From NCBI GenBank assembly GCA_050331235.1, contig JBHJHA010000017.1:32001-96000 (forward strand): 64,000 bases of DNA, read 5' to 3'. Position 1 is the stretch's first letter; the number at the start of each line of letters is the position of its first letter. Of the stretch, positions 1 to 9,726 are shown piece by piece. The position numbers and the translations under genes are program-made. The notes below the pieces were generated by a model. It worked only from the letters and a program-made list of their open reading frames with translations. It did not search any database and had not been told where the DNA came from. Source of the DNA: Leptolyngbyaceae cyanobacterium (GTDB lineage: Bacteria; Cyanobacteriota; Cyanobacteriia; Phormidesmidales; Phormidesmidaceae).

Positions 1-2373
1 CTCACTCCAGCAGAAGAAATGCTGCGGGAATGGGCGCGCTGGGGCGATGAAGCCGCCATTGTTCGTCTCATCAATGCCGCTCTGGTGGAGCGCAGCGCTA
101 CGGTCACTGCCGAGCGTAAAGAGGAGAGCCTGCATTGCATTGTGCATCCGACCGCTCCGGAGGATGCGGCGGTTCCCTCAGAAAATTTGGTCATGGGGGC
201 CATTGCGTCCTTGCTGGAGGCGATCGCCCCCCAGGGATTGCTGCGCCTCATGATATACGGCCAAGCTCCAGAGGCGGAGACTCCAGCGTGGGTAAGATGC
301 CTCAATTTGCCAGCTCAAGATCACCCCGATTTACGCACTCCGCCCAGTGACCTTGCTCAGGAGGGAGATTTGGCGGCGTTGGCCTATTTGCTGACGCGCT
401 TGTTGAACCCTGATCTAGAGGCTCAACTGGCCACTGGGGGGATCCGTGTGCAGGTTCTCCGCCGCGATCGCCTGCTGCATCTGATGGCCGATGCCCCGGT
501 ATGCCCTACCCGGCGGCAGGTGGTACCCCAGGTGCTTGACTTCATTGAGATGCTCGAATTGCCTGACATTACTGGCATTCGCCTCTACGGCCGTCGAGCC
601 GGCCAGCAACGTCCTATGTGGAGTTTTGGCAAAGACTTCGAAACCCGCCCTGAATTGGTGCCGAAAGCGGAGCCGGTATTTGCGGTATCCGATCAGTATG
701 TGGGCGACTTGTTGGCGGGACCCCCAGCTGCGGTCCCGGATGAGGCGACGCCAACCGCCGTCGCCAATGCCCTCCAGACTGCCTGGGCACGGGGGCTCGA
801 TCACGTCCGCAAGTTTTTGTTTGAGACCCAGCTGGTGGTACCGCAGCAAGATCTGGCCCGCACGCCAGCGACCCTTCCCAATGCCGACTCCCAAGACGTG
901 GTCAAAATTGGCTTGGTCTGGGCATCGGTTGGCTTACTGTTGGCCCTCCAAGCTGACTGGATTTTTGGTCAAGTGATCAACCCTAGTCAGGCTCAGGGGG
1001 CACCGGAGGCATCCATGTCAACGGCCTCAGCCGTTTCTGACGGGGGGGCAACGACTACTCGCAAAGTGCCGACCGAAGCTGAAGGCGACTGGCAGCTGGA
1101 TGATTGGCAGGTGAGTAATCCTCAGTCAGAGGCGGCATTGACTGACGATCGCCTGGGGGACCGCAGCGATATTTTTAACGATCGCGATCTCATCGCTAGC
1201 CCTGAGCAGTCCCTCGCCCCGACCCCGGAGCTGCTGTCCTATTCTCCCTATCCCTCGTTTCGCAGCCAGCAAATGGATGAAAAGCTGGCTCTCTATCATC
1301 AGCGCTTGGCGGAGTCAGGGCCGCCAGATATTTTGATCATCGGGAGCTCACGTGCTCTGCGAGGAGTTGATCCGGCGGCTCTACAGCGAGAGTTGGCCGC
1401 GTTGGGATATGGCGATCTAAGCGTTTTTAACTTTGGGGTGAACGGTGCCACGGCGCAAGTGGTCGATCTCACCATTCGCCGTGTCCTAGAGCCCCACCAG
1501 CTGCCACGCGTGATTGTCTGGGCGGATGGAGCCCGGGCGTTTAATAGTGGGCGTACGGATGTCACTTTTAATGCGATCGCGGCCTCGGATGGCTATCGGG
1601 AACTGGGACGTCGCAATCCCGACGTGGCGGCTGCCCCCAGCGATGGTGAGGCCGTAGATGAAGCGACTGAGGTGGCGGCTGAGCCCCAGCCCATTGGCGA
1701 AGCGCTGCGGGAAAGCTATCAGGCGTTGGATGTCACCCTCAGCGATCGCCTGGGGGAACATTCCGCCGTTTATGAAAACCGCGACGAGCTGAAAGCTTTT
1801 GTCCGCGATCGGTTGCTCACACCGCTAATGGCGCCAGTTGCCCTTTCCTCGGGGACGGACAAAGCCACCCCAAATACCTCTGATATGCCGATCCCCGAGG
1901 GTAGCCGGATTGACTTTGATGGGTTCTTATCCTTAGATGTGCGGTTCAATCCGGCAACTTATTATCAGCTTTATGCTCGCGTCCCTGGAGCTTACGACAG
2001 CGATTACGATGAGTTTGGCCTAGCGGGCGAACAAACCCAAGCCTTTGAACAACTGCTGACCTACACCCAGCAGCAGGACATTCCCATCATCTTTGTGAAT
2101 ACGCCTCTGACGGACGAGTATTTAGATGGCTACCGCACCGATGCGGAAGCGGATTTCCAGAAGCTGATGCTGCAATACTCAGCGACAGAGGAAGATTTTA
2201 TCTTTCGAGATTTAGGACAGGTGTGGACTAGCCGTTACGATTATTTTTCGGATCCGAGCCATTTGAATCGATATGGTGCTTATCAGGTATCGTTGCGGTT
2301 GGCGCAGGATCCTATGATTGCCTGGCCCCGTGCGCTTGATTTGTCTGCTGCCAATCCTGACGACACGCCATGA
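1..2373 (+). CDS. Membrane-anchored SGNH-hydrolase-like protein (DUF1574-like; AlgJ/DltD-type partner of an MBOAT), probably 5'-truncated by the window edge
   Basis: Frame is open from base 1 (LTPAEEM...). One TM segment (IGLVWASVGLLLAL). C-terminal SGNH-like blocks IIGSSR, NFGVNG and FSDPSHLN. Stop overlaps the next start (ATGA). Confidence 0.7.
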   Translation, partial: LTPAEEMLREWARWGDEAAIVRLINAALVERSATVTAERKEESLHCIVHPTAPEDAAVPSENLVMGAIASLLEAIAPQGLLRLMIYGQAPEAETPAWVRCLNLPAQDHPDLRTPPSDLAQEGDLAALAYLLTRLLNPDLEAQLATGGIRVQVLRRDRLLHLMADAPVCPTRRQVVPQVLDFIEMLELPDITGIRLYGRRAGQQRPMWSFGKDFETRPELVPKAEPVFAVSDQYVGDLLAGPPAAVPDEATPTAVANALQTAWARGLDHVRKFLFETQLVVPQQDLARTPATLPNADSQDVVKIGLVWASVGLLLALQADWIFGQVINPSQAQGAPEASMSTASAVSDGGATTTRKVPTEAEGDWQLDDWQVSNPQSEAALTDDRLGDRSDIFNDRDLIASPEQSLAPTPELLSYSPYPSFRSQQMDEKLALYHQRLAESGPPDILIIGSSRALRGVDPAALQRELAALGYGDLSVFNFGVNGATAQVVDLTIRRVLEPHQLPRVIVWADGARAFNSGRTDVTFNAIAASDGYRELGRRNPDVAAAPSDGEAVDEATEVAAEPQPIGEALRESYQALDVTLSDRLGEHSAVYENRDELKAFVRDRLLTPLMAPVALSSGTDKATPNTSDMPIPEGSRIDFDGFLSLDVRFNPATYYQLYARVPGAYDSDYDEFGLAGEQTQAFEQLLTYTQQQDIPIIFVNTPLTDEYLDGYRTDAEADFQKLMLQYSATEEDFIFRDLGQVWTSRYDYFSDPSHLNRYGAYQVSLRLAQDPMIAWPRALDLSAANPDDTP

Positions 2374-3857
2374 CCTTACCTTCGATTCTTTATGGTCTCT
2401 TTTTGCTCAGCGTTGTTGGGCTCTATTGGGCTGTTGAGCGGCGATCGCTGCGAATCTGGTTATTGCTAATTGCCAGCATTGTTTTCTACACCTCGCTACA
2501 AGTGCACTATGTGCCGTTGATGTTGGCGCTGGTCGCGATCAACTACTGGTTGGGGCGCGTGCTCACCGTCCCGACGGACTGGCGGGTCCCCAATGAACAG
2601 TGGCAGATGGCCGAGCAGCAGTGGTATCGCCGTCGCCGTTACTGGCTTATTTTCGGGATTGTGCTCAATGTAGTGCTACTACTCGGCTTCAAATATCTGG
2701 AGTCCTGGCTGCGTTGGCTAGTACCCGTCGGCTTTAATCCAGAGATTACTGATGGCAGCTGGCTGACGATCGCCTTTCCCCTAGGCCTGAGTTTCTTTAC
2801 GTTTGAATGCCTTGCTTACCTGGTGGACGTTTATCGAGGGGCCCCTGCGACCCATAGTCTGTCTGAGTTCGCTGCCTACAAGCTGTATTTTCCCAAGCTC
2901 ATCTCGGGCCCCATCACGCGCTTTCACAGCTTTGTTAACCAAGTCGGCGATCAACCAAGCCTGAATCTCACTTGGGCAGTCGAAGGGCTCTGGCTAATTG
3001 GCATTGGTGCCGTCAAAAAAGTGTTGATTGCTGACCACATCGGTACTTTGGTTAACCTGAGTTTCGACAACTTAGCCCGGGCCGGTAGCTGGGATGTTTG
3101 GCTGGCCTTGTTTGCCTATGGGCTGCAGCTTTACTTAGACTTCAGCGGCTATGTGGACGTGGCGCGGGGCAGCGCCCTGCTGATGGGTATCAATCTGCCG
3201 CAAAATTTTAACTTTCCTTATCTCACTACGAGCATTGCTGACTTTTGGCGGCGCTGGCACATCACCTTGGGTGATTGGCTACGCAACTATCTTTACTTTC
3301 CCTTGGGAGGATCGCGCCGCGGTTTGCCCCGGACGGCGGTTAATCTCATGGTGGTCATGCTGGTCGCTGGGGTATGGCACGGCAACACCTGGGGATTTTT
3401 GATTTGGGGAGGGATTCACGGTTTGGCTCTAGTGCTCCATCGGTGCAGCTATGTAGTGGCCCAAGGGTGGCAGCCTTTCCGGCGATTTTGGGAGCGGTCC
3501 TGGGGCGTGGCGATCGCCTGGGCCTTGACCCAGGGCTTGGTCTTTTTTAGCTGGCTCTTTTTCCGCTTGCCAGAGCCGGCACAATACACCTTGGCCCTAC
3601 AAAAGTTGTGGGGAGCCAATAGCGATCTGCAATTTGCTCAGAAAGTCTATGTCGAGTCCCTGGGGCTGACTGCGGGGCAGCTGTGGACCTTGCTGTGGGT
3701 GCTAGTCGGTGGCATGATGGTAATTTATTTCGCCCAGCGCGAGCTCAAGCTACAGCTCAACTGGCCCGTTAAGCTTTTACTGGTTCCTCTCTGTCTCTTC
3801 TTTGCGTGGCAGCTGGCCCCGAGTGAGACGCTTTCATATATTTATTTCGACTTCTAA
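2370..3857 (+). CDS. MBOAT family O-acyltransferase (AlgI/DltB-like)
   Basis: Motifs PLGLSFFTF, QLYLDFSGY, NFNFPY, FWRRWHITL, LYFPLGG and GVWHG (catalytic His); polytopic. Confidence 0.93.
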   Translation: MTLPSILYGLFLLSVVGLYWAVERRSLRIWLLLIASIVFYTSLQVHYVPLMLALVAINYWLGRVLTVPTDWRVPNEQWQMAEQQWYRRRRYWLIFGIVLNVVLLLGFKYLESWLRWLVPVGFNPEITDGSWLTIAFPLGLSFFTFECLAYLVDVYRGAPATHSLSEFAAYKLYFPKLISGPITRFHSFVNQVGDQPSLNLTWAVEGLWLIGIGAVKKVLIADHIGTLVNLSFDNLARAGSWDVWLALFAYGLQLYLDFSGYVDVARGSALLMGINLPQNFNFPYLTTSIADFWRRWHITLGDWLRNYLYFPLGGSRRGLPRTAVNLMVVMLVAGVWHGNTWGFLIWGGIHGLALVLHRCSYVVAQGWQPFRRFWERSWGVAIAWALTQGLVFFSWLFFRLPEPAQYTLALQKLWGANSDLQFAQKVYVESLGLTAGQLWTLLWVLVGGMMVIYFAQRELKLQLNWPVKLLLVPLCLFFAWQLAPSETLSYIYFDF

Positions 3858-4057
3858 ACCTGTAGTGGGTGAACGGCTAGATCCTGTGGGACACTACTCC
3901 AAAGGTGACGCTAGTGATAGAGTTAGCGCCGTTAAGAGTCGAGCTTGGACACGCTGCTTTGACGTCGCTTTGACCAGGCTGCCTGGGTGGCTGCGCTAGT
4001 TAGCATCGAATCGCCGGCGATCGCCTCCCCCCAATGTTTGCTGTCCTGTTTTTGTTT

Positions 4058-5137
4058 ATGACTGTTTCTTCGTTTTCTGCTGCTTCGGCATCGCTAGCTG
4101 CGACAGCCCCTGAAACTCAACGTCGCAAAGCCGACCACATTCGCGTGTGTCTAGAGCAAGACGTGCAGTGCCAGCAAACAACGACTGGATTAGAGAAGTT
4201 TCGGTTTGAGCACTGCTGTTTGCCAGAGCTTGACTGGGCAGATCTAGATATCTCCACGCACTTTTTGGGCAAAAGGCTGGGTGCACCGCTATTGATCTCC
4301 TCAATGACTGGGGGCACTGACCAAGCCCAAATGATTAATCAGCGCCTTGCAGTCGTTGCCCAAACCTATAGTTTGGCCATGGGCGTTGGGTCGCAGCGGG
4401 TGGCTATCGAAGCCCCTGAGGTCATGCCCACCTTCGCGATGCGCCGATATGCGCCAGACTGTTTACTCTTTGCCAATATTGGCGCAGTGCAGCTCAACTA
4501 TGGCTACGGGGTGTCAGAATGCCAGCGTGTTGTGGATGCCTTGGCAGCCGATGCCCTGATCCTGCATCTCAATGCTTTGCAGGAAAGTGTGCAAACTCGA
4601 GGCGATCGCAACTTTAGAGGACTACTCGAGCGGATTGCCCAGCTGTGCGATCAGCTCCCGGTGCCAGTCATCGCCAAAGAGGTGGGTAATGGCATTTCCG
4701 CGCCGATGGCCCAACGGTTGCTGGAAGCCGGTGTGAGCGCGATCGATGTTGCCGGTGCTGGCGGTACTTCCTGGGCTAAAGTCGAGGGGGGAAGGGCCAC
4801 TGAGCCCCGCCAGCGCCGACTGGGCCAAACCTTTGGCGATTGGGGCTTACCCACGGCGGACTGTGTCGCCCAGGTAAGGGCGATCGCGCCCACCGTCCCC
4901 CTCATTGCTTCCGGTGGCATCCGCAACGGACTGCAGGCAGCTAAAGCGTTAGCTTTGGGGGCTGATGTTGTTGGCTTGGCTCATCCCTTCTTAGTGGCCG
5001 CTCACGAGTCAGAAGCCAGCCTTGCTCTCTTAGCCGAGTGTCTTACTGAGGAACTGCGCACTGTTTTGTTGTGCACGGGGCAGCCCAACTTTACCCAGTT
5101 AAAAACGGCTGATGTTCTCCACCGAGTATCGGGTTGA
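4058..5137 (+). CDS. fni: Type 2 isopentenyl-diphosphate delta-isomerase
   Basis: RKADHI, SSMTGG, GVGSQR, HLNxxQE, KEVGNG, GAGGTSW and ASGGIR motifs. Start may be 4034 or 4058. Confidence 0.95.
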   Translation: MTVSSFSAASASLAATAPETQRRKADHIRVCLEQDVQCQQTTTGLEKFRFEHCCLPELDWADLDISTHFLGKRLGAPLLISSMTGGTDQAQMINQRLAVVAQTYSLAMGVGSQRVAIEAPEVMPTFAMRRYAPDCLLFANIGAVQLNYGYGVSECQRVVDALAADALILHLNALQESVQTRGDRNFRGLLERIAQLCDQLPVPVIAKEVGNGISAPMAQRLLEAGVSAIDVAGAGGTSWAKVEGGRATEPRQRRLGQTFGDWGLPTADCVAQVRAIAPTVPLIASGGIRNGLQAAKALALGADVVGLAHPFLVAAHESEASLALLAECLTEELRTVLLCTGQPNFTQLKTADVLHRVSG

Positions 5138-5225
5138 TGTCTATCCGGCAGCGGCAGACCGAGTTGTCGCTCTCGGGTGCTGGCGTTACCCAGCTCGCTG
5201 CTTGGTCAAATGTGAGGTTGAGATC

Positions 5226-5402
5226 AGAAGCTCAAATGTTCTGGTGACCCGATTGAGCGATCCACTCCCGCCGAGGGAGTGGTGTCTGCAGAACGGCGTG
5301 GGGAGAGGCTACGTTTGCCCCACCCCGTCGACCTCTTCTAGGAGGAGATAATTAAAAGGGTTTGGCCCTAACCCGAACTGAGGTCATCCAACGGTAGCCA
5401 AG
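5226..5402 (+). ncRNA. ssrS: 6S RNA (cyanobacterial SsaA/SsrS)
   Basis: About 180-nt rod. The 5' arm TGTTCTGGTGACC pairs with the 3' arm GGTCATCCAACG, and there is an apical hairpin GGCGTGGGG...CCCCACCCCGTC. G-U pairs favour the + strand. GAACTGAGGTCATCCAACGGTAG resembles cyanobacterial 6S as I recall it. Ends approximate. Confidence 0.85.
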
Positions 5403-5439
5403 TGTCACTAGACTGCCACACCTGCCTGGTCCCACAAAG

Positions 5440-5805
5440 CTAAAACTCATCGTCGGCGTAATTGGGATTCATCCCCGCTTCATTGTCCCGCTTTGAGCCC
5501 AGCAGTTCTAGACGATCAACGCGAATCACTGGTGACGTTCTGAGGGCTCCCGTGGCGCGATCGTTCCACTGGTCAAACTTCAGCGCCCCGCTAATGCCAA
5601 TTAAGCTGCCCTTGCGCACGTAGTTAGCTGCGACTTCTGCCGTTCGCCCCCACATTTCTAGATTGAACCAGTCTGGCTGGTCAGAGTTGCGGGTGCGGCG
5701 ATCCACCGCTAATGAAAACTTGCAGACAACACTGCCTGATTCAAAATACTTCACATCAGGGTCACGTCCAGCTCGGCCTACGAGAGTAACGGCGTTGATG
5801 CTCAT
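5440..5805 (-). CDS. ssb: Single-stranded DNA-binding protein
   Basis: MSINAVTLVGRAGRDP OB-fold start and acidic DDEF C-terminal tip; likely start is ATG 5805, not 5931. Confidence 0.95.
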   Translation of the reverse strand: MSINAVTLVGRAGRDPDVKYFESGSVVCKFSLAVDRRTRNSDQPDWFNLEMWGRTAEVAANYVRKGSLIGISGALKFDQWNDRATGALRTSPVIRVDRLELLGSKRDNEAGMNPNYADDEF

Positions 5806-6233
5806 GTCTAAGCTTCTCCTGATTGGGTTGACGGTAGGGTGTAAACCAGATTGAACGAGATGTTGAAAATCGTCTAACCGTCCAAAATGGCTTACTTGTA
5901 CTGCTCTCCAGTGTGCCTCAACTTGGAGCAAACCGAATCTGAAGAACCGGATGAGGCGTCCTGCACAAAGCTGTTAGCAAGAAGTGCAGCTAGCCGCTAT
6001 CAAGCGTCATGGTTTAACTGATTTCTGATAGCTGCAAACATCAGTCGCTAGACGCATCGATACGAATCGTAATAAAATCCACTTCGTCCGTGTTGCAATG
6101 AGCAGCAGGCGTTCCCTAACTTTGTGTCTCGGCAGTTTGTAGTTTCAGTATCATGAGCGCATCTATGACCTAGCATGAAGTTCGGCGAGTTTACATCTAA
6201 CCGTCCATTTCGTTCGTTTGGGGGCTAAGTCTC

Positions 6234-7274
6234 GTGGGTTTTCTCGACCGGTTTTCGTTATCCCGAGACATGGGTATCGATTTAGGCACTGCCAATACCT
6301 TGGTGTATGTCTCAGGCAAAGGGGTCGTTTTACAAGAGCCCTCAGTGGTCGCGATCGATCAAGTTGAAAAGAAGCCTTTGGCTGTTGGCGAAGAGGCCAA
6401 GCGCATGCTCGGGCGTACGCCGGGCAACGTGGCGGCGCTCCGTCCGTTGCGGGATGGCGTGATCGCTGACTTTGATACAGCTGAGCTCATGCTCAAGCAC
6501 TTCATTCGGCAAGTCCATGAAGGGCGCACGCTCGTTTCACCCCGCATTGTGATTGGTATTCCTAGCGGTGTGACGGGAGTTGAGCGTCGTGCTGTAATGG
6601 ATGCCGCTCAGCAGGCTGGGGCGCGCACCGTATATTTGATTGACGAGCCGGTGGCAGCGGCGATCGGAGCCGGGCTGCCTGTGGCTGAGCCGACCGGCAA
6701 CCTGGTTATTGATATCGGTGGAGGGACCACCGAGGTTGCTGTTTTGAGCTTGCAAGGGACCGTGCTCAGCGAGTCTGTCAGAGTCGCCGGTGATGAACTG
6801 AGTGAATCGATCGCGCAGTACCTCAAAAAGGTGCACAACTTGGTTGTGGGGGAAAGAACGGCTGAGGAGATCAAAATTAAAATTGGCTCAGCCTATCCTA
6901 CAGCTGATGACAGCGAGCTCATTATGGATGTACGGGGGCTACACCTCTTGTCGGGGCTCCCCCGAACTGTCACAGTCAAGGCTGGTGAGATTCGTGAAAG
7001 TATGGCAGAGCCCTTGGCCGTCATCGTTGAGGCGGTGAAGCGGACCCTAGAGCGCACCCCACCCGAGTTGGCAGCTGACATTATCGACCGTGGCATCATG
7101 TTGGCTGGGGGTGGGGCTTTGCTACATGGTCTCGATACATTGTTGAGCCATGAAACAGGTATTGTGGTCCATGTGGCCGCTGACCCCTTAAGCTGTGTGG
7201 TTTTGGGGACTGGTCGAGTCCTTGAAAACTTTAGCCAGATGGGTCGAGTCTTTAGTGGTAGTTCTGGTATTTAG
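6234..7274 (+). CDS. mreB: Rod shape-determining protein MreB
   Basis: [20 protein letters not shown] and [10 protein letters not shown] actin-like motifs; first gene of mreBCD. Confidence 0.98.
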   Translation: MGFLDRFSLSRDMGIDLGTANTLVYVSGKGVVLQEPSVVAIDQVEKKPLAVGEEAKRMLGRTPGNVAALRPLRDGVIADFDTAELMLKHFIRQVHEGRTLVSPRIVIGIPSGVTGVERRAVMDAAQQAGARTVYLIDEPVAAAIGAGLPVAEPTGNLVIDIGGGTTEVAVLSLQGTVLSESVRVAGDELSESIAQYLKKVHNLVVGERTAEEIKIKIGSAYPTADDSELIMDVRGLHLLSGLPRTVTVKAGEIRESMAEPLAVIVEAVKRTLERTPPELAADIIDRGIMLAGGGALLHGLDTLLSHETGIVVHVAADPLSCVVLGTGRVLENFSQMGRVFSGSSGI

Positions 7275-7290
7275 GGAAGGTTAGAACTGC

Positions 7291-8115
7291 ATGTTTGCCC
7301 TCCGGCGCTGGTGGAATCAATATGCGCTCAAGGCTGGTTTGGTGGCCTTGCTGATTGTCGCGGCCTTGGGCCTGCGAGAAAGCGGCGGAGCCGTCATTTA
7401 TGAAATGTATCGCTGGGTAACGCGGCCCTTTCATCCAGGTCCCTCGCGGGAAGCCATCCTGCAGTCAAGCTATGCCCAGGAACTGCAACAGCGGGTAGTG
7501 GAGCTAGAGAGCCAAAATCGATCGCTCCGGCAAGTTGTCGAAGGGGACAGTCAGCTCCTGTCAGAGGGGGTGCCAGCGGCCGTGATTGGGCGCAGTGCCG
7601 GTGACTGGTGGCAGCAGCTGATCATCAGTCGCGGACAGCGTGATGGCATTACGGTTGATGACATTGTCACTGGTCCTGGTGGACTGGTGGGTCGGGTGAT
7701 TGCGGTATCGCCCAACAGCAGTCGGGTTTTGCTCATCAGCGACCCGACTAGCCGCATCGGCGCGCGGATCAGCCGCAGCCGAGCCACTGGCTACATTCGG
7801 GGCACGATGGGGCAGCAGGTCGTGATGGAGTTTTTTGACAAGCTACCCGATGTGGAAGTTGGAGATGTCGTGGTGACTTCGGCCTACAGCAAGCTCTTTC
7901 CACCAAATATTCCAGTGGGTCGCGTCGTTGCGCTAGACCTCAATAAGAGTCCAGCGCCTGAGGTGACTGTGGAGCTGACCTCACCACTCAGTATTGTGGA
8001 ATGGGTTGAGGTTGTCCCCTTTGCGCCCAAGGATATTGACATGCCAGAAGCAGAGGCCCCTCTACGGGAGGCGTTTCCGACTAATGAAGACGAGGAGCTC
8101 GAGCTCGATCCATGA
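7291..8115 (+). CDS. mreC: Rod shape-determining protein MreC
   Basis: N-terminal TM, coiled coil, GLVGRV, SRVLLISD and VVTS...FPPNIPVG; follows mreB. Confidence 0.95.
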   Translation: MFALRRWWNQYALKAGLVALLIVAALGLRESGGAVIYEMYRWVTRPFHPGPSREAILQSSYAQELQQRVVELESQNRSLRQVVEGDSQLLSEGVPAAVIGRSAGDWWQQLIISRGQRDGITVDDIVTGPGGLVGRVIAVSPNSSRVLLISDPTSRIGARISRSRATGYIRGTMGQQVVMEFFDKLPDVEVGDVVVTSAYSKLFPPNIPVGRVVALDLNKSPAPEVTVELTSPLSIVEWVEVVPFAPKDIDMPEAEAPLREAFPTNEDEELELDP

Positions 8116-8696
8116 CTTCAGTCCGACTGAGTAGTGTCGCCATGCGACGTCGCTATCGCTGGCTCAATATTGCGGTGGTCGTAGGGTCAGCTTTGTTATG
8201 TACCGTGCTCTTGCCGATGCGTTTGCCTGGCATGGTGTTGCTAGGGGTAGGTCCCAGTTGGCTATTGATGTGGCTCGTGGTGTGGAGTGTCCAGCGCAAT
8301 GGCGTTGAAGGGGCGATCGCGGGTTTTATCTTAGGCCTCATTCAAGATGGTCTGACCGGTTACTTTCCTACGCACACCGTTGGGTTGACCTTAGTTGGGT
8401 TTCTCACAGCCAGCATTCAAAAACAACGCTTCATTCAAGAGGACTTTGTCTCGGTGGCCATTATCGTGTTTGGCATGACCGTAATTGCGCAAACCTTTAT
8501 GGCGTTGCAGATTAGTGCCCATCAGTTGCTCAGTCCTACATCGCCGTATCCAGGGCTGCCAGAAATTTGGCTACAGCATCAGCGCATTGCCTTGAGTTCT
8601 GCCATTTTAAGCAGCCTATGGGCACCGGCCATATACTATCCCCTGAGCCGATGGTGGGCTCACTATGAGCAGGTCATGACCCCGCCGAGTGGCTAA
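8112..8696 (+). CDS. mreD: Rod shape-determining protein MreD
   Basis: Hydrophobic, GFILGLIQDGL motif; ATGA overlap with mreC. Confidence 0.92.
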   Translation: MTSVRLSSVAMRRRYRWLNIAVVVGSALLCTVLLPMRLPGMVLLGVGPSWLLMWLVVWSVQRNGVEGAIAGFILGLIQDGLTGYFPTHTVGLTLVGFLTASIQKQRFIQEDFVSVAIIVFGMTVIAQTFMALQISAHQLLSPTSPYPGLPEIWLQHQRIALSSAILSSLWAPAIYYPLSRWWAHYEQVMTPPSG

Positions 8697-8765
8697 GACA
8701 AGACCTAAGACCAGTAAGCTCGGCCATATCGGTCGGGCAAGTAGGACAGCAGGAATGAGGAACTT

Positions 8766-9548
8766 GTGGCCCTAAGTCAATTTGTTGCGCTCGTAGTCGC
8801 CGGCCTCTTGGCGGGTATACTCGCCGGTCTCTTGGGAATTGGCGGCGGCACGGTGATGGTGCCGATTTTGCTAGCGTTGGACTATACTCCCATCCAGGCG
8901 GTGGCGACGAGCAGCTTAGCAATCATCGTGACTTCCCTGTCAGGCAGTTTTCAAAATTGGCGCATGGGATATCTCGACTTTGATCGGGTGCTCTGGTTGG
9001 GGGTACCCGCAGTGATCACAGTACAGATTGGAGTCCTGATTGCGAGTAATTTATCGCCTCGGCTGTTGCTATTTGCCTTTGCAGTCTTATTGCTGGTGAA
9101 TATCTTCTTGGTGAGTCTGCGCAAAAGCCTAGCGGCTCAAACAGCTGGGGATGTAGCTATGCCCCTGCGGCTACATCCCACTGCAGCTAGGGTGCTGACG
9201 GGGGCGATCGCTGGTCTGATGGCGGGTCTTTTAGGCGTAGGGGGCGGTGTCATCATGGTGCCTCTGCAGATGGCACTCATCGGAGAACCAATCAAACGGG
9301 CCATCCAAACGAGTTTGGGCGTTGTAGTCATGACCGCGATCGCGTCCACCATCGGCCATGCGCTGCAGGGCAATGTGGTGTGGCTGGCAGGGCTGATGCT
9401 TGGGCTTGGGGGATTGCTCAGTGCCCAGCTCAGTAGTCGCATATTGCCTCAGCTTCCTGATCAGGTCGTTAGCGTCCTTTTTCGTAGCCTACTGGTCTTT
9501 CTAATTGTCTATACGCTGTGGGAAGCTTGGCAGTATCCAGCCAATTGA
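8766..9548 (+). CDS. TauE/SafE (TSUP) family membrane transporter
   Basis: Duplicated motif GLLGIGGGTVMVP / GLLGVGGGVIMVP; about 8 TMs. Confidence 0.9.
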   Translation: MALSQFVALVVAGLLAGILAGLLGIGGGTVMVPILLALDYTPIQAVATSSLAIIVTSLSGSFQNWRMGYLDFDRVLWLGVPAVITVQIGVLIASNLSPRLLLFAFAVLLLVNIFLVSLRKSLAAQTAGDVAMPLRLHPTAARVLTGAIAGLMAGLLGVGGGVIMVPLQMALIGEPIKRAIQTSLGVVVMTAIASTIGHALQGNVVWLAGLMLGLGGLLSAQLSSRILPQLPDQVVSVLFRSLLVFLIVYTLWEAWQYPAN

Positions 9549-9726
9549 GTGGTCAGTAGTCCGTTTCACGTTGACTTTGAGTTCTGCTGTGAGCCGATGG
9601 CTGAGATTGTTGGCAACCACCGCGCAGGTGCTCACTCAGGGGTAGCGGCGATCGCTGTTAAACTTGGCCTTTGGAATTTTCCCCTCAATTATCGCCGGCG
9701 GAATGCGTACTTTACTCCGATTCCAA

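Noticed and set aside
5112..5351. 79-aa ORF after fni
   Set aside because: Overlaps the fni end and the 6S RNA; not protein-like.
5806..5931. N-terminal extensions in the ORF track (ssb here; also egtB, crtE, ppa, era and DUF423)
   Set aside because: Family-like sequence begins at downstream starts; the extensions are longest-ORF artefacts.
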